Shown here: positions 28,253-38,027 of the stretch, one piece after another | Layout: every line of letters begins with the position of its first letter | Position numbering within the stretch: the first letter of the stretch is position 1 | Virus record (IMG/VR): IMGVR_UViG_3300025087_000044 | Location: 1-64,000 of that record | Strand: one strand, 5' to 3' | Source of the DNA: a virus | DNA length: 64,000 nucleotides | Program-made: the position numbers and the translations under genes | The notes under the pieces: generated by a model | Database searches by the model: none | The model's input: the letters and a program-made list of their open reading frames with translations, nothing else | What the model was told of the DNA's origin: nothing

Positions 28253-29667
28253 ACCATTCGTGTAGCGTAAATGTTTTTATGTTTCTTTTTCTTTTGCAGC
28301 GGCCGCTCGAACATCCTCACATAAGTCGAATCGAATGACATCATCAATGCGTCCGCCACGTCAGGACTCTCTATTCCATTGCGCCGCATCTCATCTTTGC
28401 TCATAATCTGCAGTCGTCCCGAAGAATCTGTTTTGTACTTAATATCCAATAACTCGCTCCAATCACCATCTTTGTCGAGTTTGCCGCCATTGTTTATCCA
28501 CTTCTTCAGCTTCCAATAGTTCTCAGCACGCCGATTGATGAACTTCGTCTGCTCCTTAGCTTGCCCGCCCAGCTTAACAGCGTTGACTCTAAAACCCTGC
28601 TCCTTAAGCCTGTCAGTACAACCGCCACCCATTCCTGTATCGTCAAGACTGACATTCTGCCAATCCACCTTATTCTCCACCGCCAATCTTATCGTAGTGC
28701 CTACGGTGCTCATCAAATCGTTATCAGAGTTCTTAGCTAGGATTGTTGCGAAATTCTCACTGCGCTTAACCCAAACGTTGAAGTTCCCACCGCCTCTGGC
28801 TATATCATGCCCGATATTCCTTGTCCCGAACTCCGCGACATCCTTCTTATCCACCAAAGCACTATCGTATTCCCTGTCTGTTATCAAATTACTCCAGCCT
28901 TTGTCATCTATCGCTGATGCTTCAGGAAACTTATTCTCGTATAACACATCGAAGAATGGCTTCTTGCGGCACTCCTCAATGTATTCTTCATTAAGCCGGC
29001 CTTCGTCAAGTCCTATCTTGTAATCAATATTAAGTTTATAAAACTTCGGGTCTCTGTAGTCCTTCAAGAAATGATTCCTTTTAAATGGATTGCCAATCTT
29101 GAAGTAAAAGTTATCCATCTTATCCCCTAACATTCGGAATATCTTCGCCTCAATGTCATCATCAATCAGAGCCGCTTCGTCCAGTACAACATTGCTTGCC
29201 CCAAACCCCATCAACGCTTCGCCGGCAGTTTGCTTGTTTCTGGAATCCGCCGACAAGATGTAGACCTCACCCATCGAACCGTCAGTGTGCTTAAATGTCA
29301 ATCGGCTCTTGCTGCGCTCTCTTCTCAAGTGCTCAAGACTTTCACCCTTCGCTATGTCCAGTTTCTGCTTGGTGTAGTCATTGTCAAAGGCATGGTCAAT
29401 GATGTAGCTCATGATAATCTTAGCCTTCTTCTCACTAGGTGCCACAATCGCCCACTTCTCAGGAAAGGTCGCTACCCTAGTAAGAACAGCCAACGCTACG
29501 GTTAAAGATTTCCCATAGCGCGTATGCGCAGCCAGCCAATTCCTTGGGTGAACTCTTCCAAATATAAGCCTAAAAATATCTTGTTGTCCTGCGGATAATT
29601 GAATTGGCTTACGTTCTTCGTCTTTATACATTGCCGCAACCATTTTCTGGACTTTTATATCACTCAT
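28249..29667 (-). CDS. terL: Terminase large subunit
   Basis: TRYGKS Walker A, VVLDEAA Walker B, IGNP, GHDIARGG, DDTGMGGG, SPDVADAL. Confidence 0.95.
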   Translation of the reverse strand: MSDIKVQKMVAAMYKDEERKPIQLSAGQQDIFRLIFGRVHPRNWLAAHTRYGKSLTVALAVLTRVATFPEKWAIVAPSEKKAKIIMSYIIDHAFDNDYTKQKLDIAKGESLEHLRRERSKSRLTFKHTDGSMGEVYILSADSRNKQTAGEALMGFGASNVVLDEAALIDDDIEAKIFRMLGDKMDNFYFKIGNPFKRNHFLKDYRDPKFYKLNIDYKIGLDEGRLNEEYIEECRKKPFFDVLYENKFPEASAIDDKGWSNLITDREYDSALVDKKDVAEFGTRNIGHDIARGGGNFNVWVKRSENFATILAKNSDNDLMSTVGTTIRLAVENKVDWQNVSLDDTGMGGGCTDRLKEQGFRVNAVKLGGQAKEQTKFINRRAENYWKLKKWINNGGKLDKDGDWSELLDIKYKTDSSGRLQIMSKDEMRRNGIESPDVADALMMSFDSTYVRMFERPLQKKKKHKNIYATRMV

Positions 29668-29878
29668 AGAAAATATCGCTTATTATGCAAGTTGCAGTCC
29701 AGAATTGACGATTTCCGCTGGTAGTCTTTTGATGGCAACTTCTACACAATGATATTAAATTGTCCTCTCGGCAATTTTTCTTCTCGTAGTCTATATGGTG
29801 AACTTCCAACTTTCGACTTCCTTCGGTTTTTCCACAAAATCTACATTTTCTTTTGTGCTCTTCTGTAAAAGGCTTCAC
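29660..29878 (-). CDS. Short, probably internally deleted HNH endonuclease
   Basis: FTEEHKRK joined directly to CRFCG..LEVHHIDYEKKNCREDNLISLCRSCH. Confidence 0.8.
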   Translation of the reverse strand: MKPFTEEHKRKCRFCGKTEGSRKLEVHHIDYEKKNCREDNLISLCRSCHQKTTSGNRQFWTATCIISDIFYE

Positions 29879-30228
29879 AATGTTTTTAAAGCCTCTTGAA
29901 TATCAGCTCGAATATCAGTGCCTGATTGGGAGTCAACTTGATCGGCCTCCGCTCCTCGTCCTTGTAAAGACTCGCTACTAGTTTTTGCATCTTCTCGCTC
30001 ATTGGATAGTTTCCTTAAAGTTATCTCTAGGGTGGTTAGCTTATCGCCGCCGCTTGTTACGTCCATCTCTTGAGGAATCGTCCTGGAGCAAATCTTGAGT
30101 GCTATCATGGTCTTAGTCTTCTCACTGGTGCCGTCCATTATCTTATCAATATGAACCCAGCACTTGCCAATCACCTTAGCGCGAAGCAATTCCTCGACCA
30201 TTGTTTTCCTTCCCACAATGCTTCCCAT
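29875..30228 (-). CDS. Probable terminase small subunit
   Basis: Upstream of terL; QEMDVTSGGDKL motif. Confidence 0.55.
   Translation of the reverse strand: MGSIVGRKTMVEELLRAKVIGKCWVHIDKIMDGTSEKTKTMIALKICSRTIPQEMDVTSGGDKLTTLEITLRKLSNEREDAKTSSESLQGRGAEADQVDSQSGTDIRADIQEALKTL
29886..30002 (-). pseudogene. Orphaned second copy of the terL 5' end (38 aa), overlapping terS in another frame
   Basis: MSEKMQKLVASLYKDEERRPIKLTPNQALIFELIFKRL* vs TerL MSDIKVQKMVAAMYKDEERKPIQLSAGQQDIFRLIFGRV. Confidence 0.9.
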
Positions 30229-30272
30229 ATTAACTCCTTTATTTTATTGTAATTTTACACTAAATTTACATG

Positions 30273-30449
30273 TTATTTATACCAACTCTTAGTGGAAGTA
30301 GTCTTAGGAAGCACCTTGTTGGAATAAAGTGTAACATTCCCTTTTGCGGGCGGTTTGGATACTGGTGTTGGTAGAAGAGCACCTTTCTTGCTTTTAGGGA
30401 GCGGCATTGGTTTTTTTATTCTCGGGAGACCTATTGATACTTTTGCCAT
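30273..30449 (-). CDS. Small basic Pro/Lys-rich protein (58 aa, absent from ORF track)
   Basis: MAKVSIGLPRIKKPMPLPKSKKG...KSWYK* fills the gap in the operon. Confidence 0.5.
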   Translation of the reverse strand: MAKVSIGLPRIKKPMPLPKSKKGALLPTPVSKPPAKGNVTLYSNKVLPKTTSTKSWYK

Positions 30450-30453
30450 ACGT

Positions 30454-30945
30454 TTATTTTAGAGCGTCTTCGAGTTCCGAAACACTTGGGTCGTCGCCGG
30501 CGGCGAAGCCTACCTCGTTAGCGTATTCTTGGAAATACTTATTGACGACTTCTTTTGTTTTGGGCTCGAGTTGAAACTCTATTTTTTTAGCGTTAAGTTG
30601 TTTATTTAAATCCTCTAATAGTTTCAGACTGGCTTGAATCTCCTTATCTTCTGATAGCGCTTTATCAATATCTTTCTTTTTGCCGCTTTTTTCCAATTCT
30701 TCCTTTTTAGAATCTCTCAAGGTATTGTGAACTTTAACCGCTTGTTCGATTTCCTCTGAGGCTTCTTTGATTGGAGCCTCAACATTCTTGAAGAAGAATC
30801 TCCGCTGAACAGACTCCAGAACATTAAGCTTCCTGGCTGAGCTTACTTCTTGCTCCTTGCCTTGGTTGTCTTTAACAATTTCCTTCTTGCCGTCATAAGT
30901 GAGCACGTGCTTCAATACTGCAATGGCATTTAGACTGAGTTGCAT
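30454..30945 (-). CDS. Hypothetical coiled-coil protein
   Basis: Co-oriented ORF. Confidence 0.65.
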   Translation of the reverse strand: MQLSLNAIAVLKHVLTYDGKKEIVKDNQGKEQEVSSARKLNVLESVQRRFFFKNVEAPIKEASEEIEQAVKVHNTLRDSKKEELEKSGKKKDIDKALSEDKEIQASLKLLEDLNKQLNAKKIEFQLEPKTKEVVNKYFQEYANEVGFAAGDDPSVSELEDALK

Positions 30946-31370
30946 AGTTTTTTTGTTATTTTAGTTAAATTAGCGATATCGAGCTTAGAAAGCTTCTGGC
31001 GTAATTCTTTAGAGTTATCGTCCTCTAAAACCATTGTTATCATATTAACGAAACTACGCTCCGGCGAGTATTGAATATTTAAAGGTGGAAGCTCTTCTTT
31101 CTTTTCGATTTCTTTCTCGGGAGTTATAGGAATTGAAGGAGTCCACTTGGTTATATTTATTTTATGCTGTGCTATGACTAAATTCACCAACTCCATTGGA
31201 ATGGAAGCCACGTGTCCGATATCCACATTCATGTTGTTGTCCGCCGCAATCTTGCCTATAACACTTTGTTCATCTTGCCCGATGGCTACCGTTACTTGCT
31301 TTTGCTGATTCATGATGAACGTATTGGGTTCCTGCTTCTTTTCTACGGTGAATATCATTAGCTTTTCCAT
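30930..31370 (-). CDS. Hypothetical protein
   Basis: Co-oriented ORF. Confidence 0.65.
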   Translation of the reverse strand: MEKLMIFTVEKKQEPNTFIMNQQKQVTVAIGQDEQSVIGKIAADNNMNVDIGHVASIPMELVNLVIAQHKINITKWTPSIPITPEKEIEKKEELPPLNIQYSPERSFVNMITMVLEDDNSKELRQKLSKLDIANLTKITKKLCNSV

Positions 31371-31371
31371 A

Positions 31372-31656
31372 CTACTTGATTTTACTTAGTTGGTCTTTAA
31401 AGTATCCCGTGTAATTTGAATCCGACAAATACTGTTCGTGTTTTGCTTGAAGAGCTTGCTTAAGAATACCCCACTCTCCACCCTTTCCGGCTTTTATCGA
31501 GGATTTAATTTGTTTAGACACTTGATTGTAATTATCTTTAGTCATCGGAATAGCCGGATAATACCGCATCAAATTCTTATAATAATTTTTCTCATCTGCC
31601 GTATTCTGCTTCCACATTCTATACCGCTTCTTAAGATTTAATGGCATATTGTTCAA
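31372..31656 (-). CDS. Hypothetical protein
   Basis: Co-oriented ORF. Confidence 0.55.
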   Translation of the reverse strand: MNNMPLNLKKRYRMWKQNTADEKNYYKNLMRYYPAIPMTKDNYNQVSKQIKSSIKAGKGGEWGILKQALQAKHEQYLSDSNYTGYFKDQLSKIK

Positions 31657-31784
31657 TACCCGGGCACTTGATACCCGGCCTCTTTTAATTTTTTTATGTC
31701 TTCAGAACTTAATAAATCAGCAAGATTGACACTCCTCGGGAGCTTATCGTCAGCTTGGCGCTTGGCTTTGTCGTAGTCGTCCAT
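31653..31784 (-). CDS. 43-aa protein, homolog of 55981..56106 (absent from ORF track)
   Basis: MDDYDKAKRQADDKLPRSVNLADLLSSEDIKKLKEAGYQVPGY. Confidence 0.7.
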   Translation of the reverse strand: MDDYDKAKRQADDKLPRSVNLADLLSSEDIKKLKEAGYQVPGY

Positions 31785-31959
31785 ATACAAAAAAAACTCC
31801 GTAAAGAGTTAGTCGTTTTGATGAAAATATGTTGCAATCATATTTTACGAAGCGAGGCCGATAGTTGTAGATAGAGCGGAACACGGCACCCAACCTCGCT
31901 TTCCTGCTCTCGTTAAGAGTGCAAGTATGTTGTGCGTGGCCATTGCTCTTGTCTGATTA

Positions 31960-32043
31960 CATTATACAGCATCTATTATTATACAACAATACACAGGTGT
32001 GGATAACTTCCTAGTAGACAAGATTTGTGGCGGAGTGTATAAT
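31960..32043. promoter_or_regulatory. Divergent late/early promoters flanking a DnaA box (31998-32006)
   Basis: Minus TGTATAAT; TGTGGATAA; plus TAGACA-N17-TATAAT. Confidence 0.7.
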
Positions 32044-32075
32044 GAAATAGTAAATATCCAAAATATGACGATAAC

Positions 32076-32160
32076 AAAGTTCTCAAGAGCTTGCAATGAT
32101 ACCGTAAAATCGGTAGCACCTGTCATAGGTGTGGATACATTGTAAGCTCCTGAGAATTTT
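32076..32160 (+). ncRNA. Cloverleaf leader RNA (C4/CI antisense-like)
   Basis: ~22-bp outer stem enclosing TACCG/CGGTA and GCACCT/AGGTGT hairpins, then U-tract. Confidence 0.65.
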
Positions 32161-32165
32161 TTGTT

Positions 32166-32885
32166 ATGTCAACAGGCTGGGTACGTTTGTACCGAAAATC
32201 TATGAACAGTTCAGTTTTCGAAAACCCCAATATCTGGTATGTCTGGAGTTGGTGTCTTTTAAAAGCGAACCACGAACCACACAAATTTCCCTTTAACGGA
32301 GAGGACATCGAAATCCTCCCCGGGGAATTTATAACGGGTAGAACCGAAGCATTAAAAGAGTTACACCACATATCAGCTCAGAAGTACAGAAATTGTATTA
32401 CATACCTAAAATCAACCAGCAGAATAACCAGCAAAACAACTAACAAATTTAGCTTAATTAAGATAACAAACTGGGATAGCTACCAAGCAAACAACCAGCA
32501 AAACAACCAACAAACAACCAGCCAGCAACCAGCCAGCAACCACATACAAGAATGTAAAGAATGTAAAGAATGTAAGAATGAATACTCTTTGGGATTAGGA
32601 ATTGAATACTGGAATGCCAGACAAGCATGGAACCCCGCAAATGGAAATCCAATAAACAATACCGCCATAAAAAAACTCTTGCCACAATGCAGGAAAGAAA
32701 CAACAAGTCTGGCAAAAATGTGGGATAAACAAGTTCCTTCTCAAGAAGAATGGGAGCGTGCGGTACGTGCGTATATTTTAGAAATTGCCAATAGAAATCC
32801 TCTTAACGATTATTGCCATCACCGGTTTTCAATGTTTGACTTTATAACTCAAAAGAACGGATATTTAAAATTTGTAAACAAGTAA
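32166..32885 (+). CDS. Phage replication initiator (lambda O/DnaD-like)
   Basis: GWVRLYRK..WSWCLLKANH...GEFITG...ITNWDSYQ followed by low-complexity linker. Confidence 0.85.
   Translation: MSTGWVRLYRKSMNSSVFENPNIWYVWSWCLLKANHEPHKFPFNGEDIEILPGEFITGRTEALKELHHISAQKYRNCITYLKSTSRITSKTTNKFSLIKITNWDSYQANNQQNNQQTTSQQPASNHIQECKECKECKNEYSLGLGIEYWNARQAWNPANGNPINNTAIKKLLPQCRKETTSLAKMWDKQVPSQEEWERAVRAYILEIANRNPLNDYCHHRFSMFDFITQKNGYLKFVNK
32413..32580 (+). repeat. Iteron-like repeats inside the initiator gene (probable origin)
   Basis: Multiple AACCAGC / AACAACCA units and AAGAATGTA x3. Confidence 0.6.
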
Positions 32886-32891
32886 AAATCT

Positions 32892-34814
32892 ATGGGAACC
32901 ATCTACTGCTTGCTAGATGACACCAAGAAAGTTCCGGGCGCAAAAACTTATCTAAACAAAAACGAACAAGAATTTAAAACGCTTAATGCTCAAGGTTGGG
33001 GTGTGTACTTTTCCGTCAACGAATTTGCGGGCGATCGCAAGACTGAGAATTGCACTAGGTTACGCTATGTTTACGGCGACCTTGATATTGGTAAAGCCGG
33101 AGACGGCCAAACTCGAGAAGAACGCCAAGCTAAAAAGCAGGCACTACTCAAGGAAATTATAGCCAAGTGCGAGCCGACAATGGTAATTGATACGTCTAAC
33201 GGATTACAGCCATTATGGGAACTAGTAGCCGGAGAACCTACTACAGAAAACAAAGAAAGATATGTGCGAGTATTAAAAGGGCTTGTGGCGTGGAGTAAAC
33301 AGCACGGTTGTAAGGCGGACAACGTCTATGACATTTCTAGGATTTTAAGAGTACCAGGTTATGACCACATGAAAGAGGAGCCGTACGCTTGCGAAGTGAT
33401 TTATCAATCCGTTAAAAAATATAATTTAGCCGGCCTCGAGATAATTTTTCCGTTCAAGGAATTGAAAGTTTTACCGGGAATCCCGGAGCATACAGGAGAC
33501 AATCCTGTATTTAGGGAGATTGAACGATTGGATTTCAAGGAAATGGTTATGCGTGCTTTTTCTTCAATTGGTCGTCCTGTAACATTTGACGTTAGTGGAC
33601 ATCTCATTGACCCAATAGGAAAAACAACAGGAACATTTCTTGGCAGACAAGGTAATCGCGATTATTTGGCTTCGTCTTCGCATGAACCATTCAAAGGCAA
33701 CAGAATTACGGCAATAGCGGAAATACTGAATATTACTTATAGCGATGCGTATAAATGGATTTGTCGAGAATATGGTTTGAATTATCAGAAACTGGTACAG
33801 CAAGAAACGAAAACTATTTCAGCAATAAAAAAAGACGGAGTGGAGTTCGTAACAATGAGTGATATTGTAGAAATGGGTTATAAAGAGCTTGTTGCAACGA
33901 ACGCGAATCAAGTTATCTCGTTCGGATACAGTTGGCTTGATGATAAACTGGTTGGAATTTTCCCGTCAGAACTGGTAGTGCTAGGTGGAGAATCGGGGAC
34001 GGGTAAAACAGCATTGGCCACTAACATCATTTACAAAGCCAGCAAAAAGGTTAAATGCGGGATTTATGCTCTGGAAGATAGATTGCCCGATTACGGCATT
34101 AAGGCTTTATTTTACGAAGTGAATAAAATAAAAAAGAATTACGAAGCAGGCTCTAAGGGATACTGGTGGAACGATTTTAGATTGAACGAGATACGAGATA
34201 TTCAATATCCCAGGTATTTGGAGGAAGCTAGAGCCAGCTTGAAAAACGACAATATATTTTTCGCCAAAGTAAACGAGATGATGAGTATAGACTTACTGGA
34301 AACTTTGGTTTACGACCAGATAAGCAAAGGGATAAAATTATTTCTGGTTGACCATTTGCATTACTTTGATATGTCGTCCAAAGAAGACAGCAAAGCGGAT
34401 TATGTGGAAAAAATAATGGTTAGGTTAAAAACATTGCTTAATAAAACCGGGGCTTCGATGATATTGATTGTACATTACAAAAAGTTGGAGGGGAAAAAGC
34501 CGGGTATTGATAGCTTCAAAGACTCCGTGGCAATTCCGCAAAATGCAAACTATGTTATCAACTTATGGCGTGAACGTTCCTCGGACAAAGCAAACGCAAC
34601 GGAGCAGTTGGGCGACAGAATAATTGAAAAGAAATTTATTACTCACTTTATGATTCCCAAAGTTCGCAATCCAAACGGAGAAGGGACATATAAAGCGATA
34701 TGGAACGCCGACAAAGGAGATTATGAAGACGAAAAGTATGCTTGGAAATTTGGAACTTCTACAAAATCAGAGGATATAATAATCGGAGAACTTCTAAATA
34801 ATATAAAATTTTAA
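32892..34814 (+). CDS. Primase-helicase fusion (RepB/AEP-like N-terminus, SF4 DnaB-like C-terminus)
   Basis: YFSVN, YGDLD, DTSNGLQPLW, DISRILRVPG; GGESGTGKT, FLVDHLH. Confidence 0.9.
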   Translation: MGTIYCLLDDTKKVPGAKTYLNKNEQEFKTLNAQGWGVYFSVNEFAGDRKTENCTRLRYVYGDLDIGKAGDGQTREERQAKKQALLKEIIAKCEPTMVIDTSNGLQPLWELVAGEPTTENKERYVRVLKGLVAWSKQHGCKADNVYDISRILRVPGYDHMKEEPYACEVIYQSVKKYNLAGLEIIFPFKELKVLPGIPEHTGDNPVFREIERLDFKEMVMRAFSSIGRPVTFDVSGHLIDPIGKTTGTFLGRQGNRDYLASSSHEPFKGNRITAIAEILNITYSDAYKWICREYGLNYQKLVQQETKTISAIKKDGVEFVTMSDIVEMGYKELVATNANQVISFGYSWLDDKLVGIFPSELVVLGGESGTGKTALATNIIYKASKKVKCGIYALEDRLPDYGIKALFYEVNKIKKNYEAGSKGYWWNDFRLNEIRDIQYPRYLEEARASLKNDNIFFAKVNEMMSIDLLETLVYDQISKGIKLFLVDHLHYFDMSSKEDSKADYVEKIMVRLKTLLNKTGASMILIVHYKKLEGKKPGIDSFKDSVAIPQNANYVINLWRERSSDKANATEQLGDRIIEKKFITHFMIPKVRNPNGEGTYKAIWNADKGDYEDEKYAWKFGTSTKSEDIIIGELLNNIKF

Positions 34815-34817
34815 TCT

Positions 34818-35048
34818 ATGAAAATCACAATCGAAGCGATAGAAAAAATAAAAACTCTCGACACGGTCGAGTTCCGCAAGCGGTTCGAAGAGCAAGGATT
34901 GCAGGCCGGTAAAATATCCGAGCAACTGTTCATGGAACTTTCCGCGATGTGGGTGGAACTGCGACAAGGCTGTACAGCCCGAACTGTGTTCGATAAGTGG
35001 GCGGACGGCGCGTGGATTCCTGCCATTAACGGCTACGAAAAAATATGA
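34818..35048 (+). CDS. Hypothetical protein
   Basis: 3 nt after helicase stop. Confidence 0.6.
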   Translation: MKITIEAIEKIKTLDTVEFRKRFEEQGLQAGKISEQLFMELSAMWVELRQGCTARTVFDKWADGAWIPAINGYEKI

Positions 35049-35207
35049 GACCAATAACACCCGAAGAGAAGTCATTGAGCAATGCTCTGGATAAGATAAT
35101 CAATCAGATAGACGAAACAAAAACGCCCGAACGCCTGAACTTTTTGAAAGCGTTGAAAGCTAAGTGCGAGGAACTATTAAACTTGTAACTTTAGTCTTAA
35201 AACAGAC

Positions 35208-35252
35208 TTATCCACAAAAACCTCTTGCAATATCCGTTGAACGTGCTATACT
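35208..35252 (+). promoter_or_regulatory. DnaA box plus sigma70 promoter
   Basis: TTATCCACA 35208-35216; TTGCAA...TGCTATACT. Confidence 0.7.
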
Positions 35253-35513
35253 GGTTGTAGGAGATAACCAATTTATATGATGACGCAAAAAGACATGATA
35301 CGGCTTGCCCAGAAGTCAGTAACGGCAAGACGGCGCAAGAACCGAATATACGCAATCAGCTTGAAGACCGGGCGGAGCGTACAGGAGCTGGTGAAGCTGG
35401 AGAATAAGGACGTGGACATGATGTGGTGCAACCTTTAAAAAAATCACTGCTCTACTCCTATCGCAACCGCCACACCGCAATGATAGCAGGCGGAAGACAG
35501 GAAAGAGCGGTAA

Positions 35514-35596
35514 GCTTAATCTCTGAATGAGCCAGATATGTGGAATAACTCCTAGCAGGGTGCGCTCCACATGTCTGGCGGATTAAGAGATTAAGC
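35514..35596 (+). other. Long intergenic hairpin
   Basis: GCTTAATCTCT/AGAGATTAAGC and GCCAGATATGTGGA/TCCACATGTCTGGC. Confidence 0.6.
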
Positions 35597-36374
35597 AATA
35601 TCAATAATCAATCCTTTGGGTGGCAGGGGAGTCGGCGGTTAGTTGATTAGCCTCCTCTCCCGTTGCCCTAAGGACAGTAACAATATGACAAAGAAAGAGT
35701 ACATCGCCTTAGTTGGCGACAGTCCAAGCTCGTTGTTTGGCGGCGATTGGAAGAACGAGCTGGCGGAGCTTGAAGACCTGGCAATACGAGATGGCGTAGC
35801 GAGACGGTGCGGATTAGTTCCTTGCGGGAAGAATTCCGAGGGTGAGCAGGAGTACATCGGCACGAAGCAAGAGTGGGACAGGTACGATGACGATAACGCT
35901 TCCGATGTGCTTTACGAGGAAGGAGCGGATAAATAATATGTCCACCCATAGCGATTGGCAACGGTCGCAGTCCAATAGCAATTACGCCGAGTGCGAGGTG
36001 TGCGGCCGCCACCTGCCAGCAGGAACTGTCTGTTACGGGAACGACGAAGGAGAATTTGTTTGTGAGAATTGCATGCCTGATAACGAATAACCATATGGAT
36101 GACCAAAAAATACTATGCCAACATTGCGGAACGGAAAAGGTATTCCACAACGGAGGAGTGCTTAACGGCAAAGGCTATCGGGCGTTCTTCTACTGCCCTG
36201 CATGCGAGATAGTTCAAAAGTACATGCCGATAGCACTAGGTGACAAGTGTCCTGTGTGTGGCGAGCCTGCTATATTGGGCAAGTATGGAGCGTACTGCAA
36301 GAATTGTTACATCAAGAATAAAACCAATAATTAAGCCAATAGTCGCCAATTAGGCGCACGGCACAAAAAATAAT

Positions 36375-36965
36375 ATGGAAAACACATTCCTCCCAAGTAC
36401 TTATGAGCCACCCGCGACCGAGAGCAAGTATTTGAAGATTGAGCAGGGCAAGACTAAGTTCCGAATCCTGTCGAACTCTATTCAAGGCTGGGTGGACTGG
36501 CAGGAAAAAGACGGCAAGCGAAAGCCTATCCGTACTCGAGAATGGCAACCTGCAATTGACCCCGAGCGTCCGTCAAAACATTTCTGGGCGTTCGCAGTGT
36601 GGGATTATGCCGCGCAATCCGTCAAAGTCATGGAGATAACGCAGAAGACCATTCAGCAGGCCATTCTAGAACTCTACAAGAGCGAGGATTGGGGCGACCC
36701 GAAAGGTTATGACATCGAGATAACACGTGAGGGCGAGAAAATGGAAACAAAGTACCACGTCATTCCGAAACCCCCGAAACCGCTTGACACTGTAGTGGCG
36801 GAAGCGAGAGACAGCATGAACGTTGACTTGGAACAGCTGTTTGTGGGAGGCGACCCGTTTGGTGAAGCCAGCCACAATGCCCCTGTGAGCCCCTACAATG
36901 CCCCAGGACGAACGGAAGAGCCGTTACCTGAGGAATCGGTCACGGTGGCAGGAATTCCCTTCTAA
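36375..36965 (+). CDS. Putative single-stranded DNA-binding protein (gp32-like)
   Basis: KFRILS..GWVDW...HFWAFAVWDY..VKVMEITQKTI...WGDPKGYDIEITREG; acidic tail ending IPF. Confidence 0.65.
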   Translation: MENTFLPSTYEPPATESKYLKIEQGKTKFRILSNSIQGWVDWQEKDGKRKPIRTREWQPAIDPERPSKHFWAFAVWDYAAQSVKVMEITQKTIQQAILELYKSEDWGDPKGYDIEITREGEKMETKYHVIPKPPKPLDTVVAEARDSMNVDLEQLFVGGDPFGEASHNAPVSPYNAPGRTEEPLPEESVTVAGIPF

Positions 36966-37227
36966 ACGAAGTTTTAACTGCCCCTTTCCCGTTTTCGCAA
37001 CTTTTATGCGACTGCACAATCAGTCCACCGGTGCGGAGACGGGGTGGGGCGGTATAATAATATGACCAACGATTTAATTTCAGAAACAATCAAAATAACA
37101 AAAGAAGAAACCGCGCTTAGTCCGCAAGAAGAATACGTTCTGGAACACGCTTTAAGATTTTTCGCCCAGAGAATAAGATACGACTTACTGGTCATTGCAG
37201 GCAAGGGCGAATACGAAGACATGAGGC

Positions 37228-37716
37228 GTGAGGTGGAGAATTATTTTCAATAATATGCCAAAACTAAATGAATTTAAAGTAGGCGACAAAGTGAGACTTA
37301 ATATTCCCGGAGATAGTGATAATGGCAAAGAGGGTGTGGCTGGGTGCATTCATGATGATTGTTTGTACCTTGAATCAAATGAGTGGAATTTCAATGGCCT
37401 TCAATGCAAAGAACACGGGTCTAAAAAATGTTGGATATGTGAAATTAATTCTAGTGGTGAAGTTAGTGCAAGTAGCAAGAATGGTGTTTTAGAACTAATT
37501 AACTCTAATATCAACTTTATGAATCTCAAAGAAAAGTTCGTGCAAGTGTTTTTAAAAGAGCCTGAAAAATCTTTCCGCAAAGCGGAGATAACCAATGGAG
37601 ATGGGATACTAACAACTGACGGTCAAAGCGTCTTTCTTGGCTGGTTACTGAAAAAGCACGGTGATGAGTTTAAGACGGAAGTGGTTGATGAACTCTTGAA
37701 AGAAAAGGAGGCGTAA
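37228..37716 (+). CDS. Hypothetical protein with SH3-like N-terminus (likely start at 37255)
   Basis: FKVGDKVRL. Confidence 0.55.
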   Translation: MRWRIIFNNMPKLNEFKVGDKVRLNIPGDSDNGKEGVAGCIHDDCLYLESNEWNFNGLQCKEHGSKKCWICEINSSGEVSASSKNGVLELINSNINFMNLKEKFVQVFLKEPEKSFRKAEITNGDGILTTDGQSVFLGWLLKKHGDEFKTEVVDELLKEKEA

Positions 37717-38027
37717 CATGGCTATCAAGTTATCGTGGCAGGCGTGGCTGTTGCTCACAATGCAAGCCCGACTGGACTTGCTCTATGGCGAGTGCGCCGG
37801 GTACTGGACGCTTGACGTTATTTAATCCTCACACGCCCCTGTCATATCAGGGGCTAAAAAAACTTTAACTGTACTAAACATATGAAAATCACAATCAAAG
37901 CGGAGCCAACCTGTGCAGAGCCGACCTGTGCAGAGCCAAAATTAAAATTGCGCAAAAAGCGGAGTTGTTAAAAACCTTAGGTATTATTATTGAGGAGTAA
38001 GAACTTAACTAACTAACATAAAACAGT

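Noticed and set aside
3947-29505. Many plus-strand ORFs within the late operon
   Set aside because: Antisense shadows of long minus-strand structural genes with no motifs
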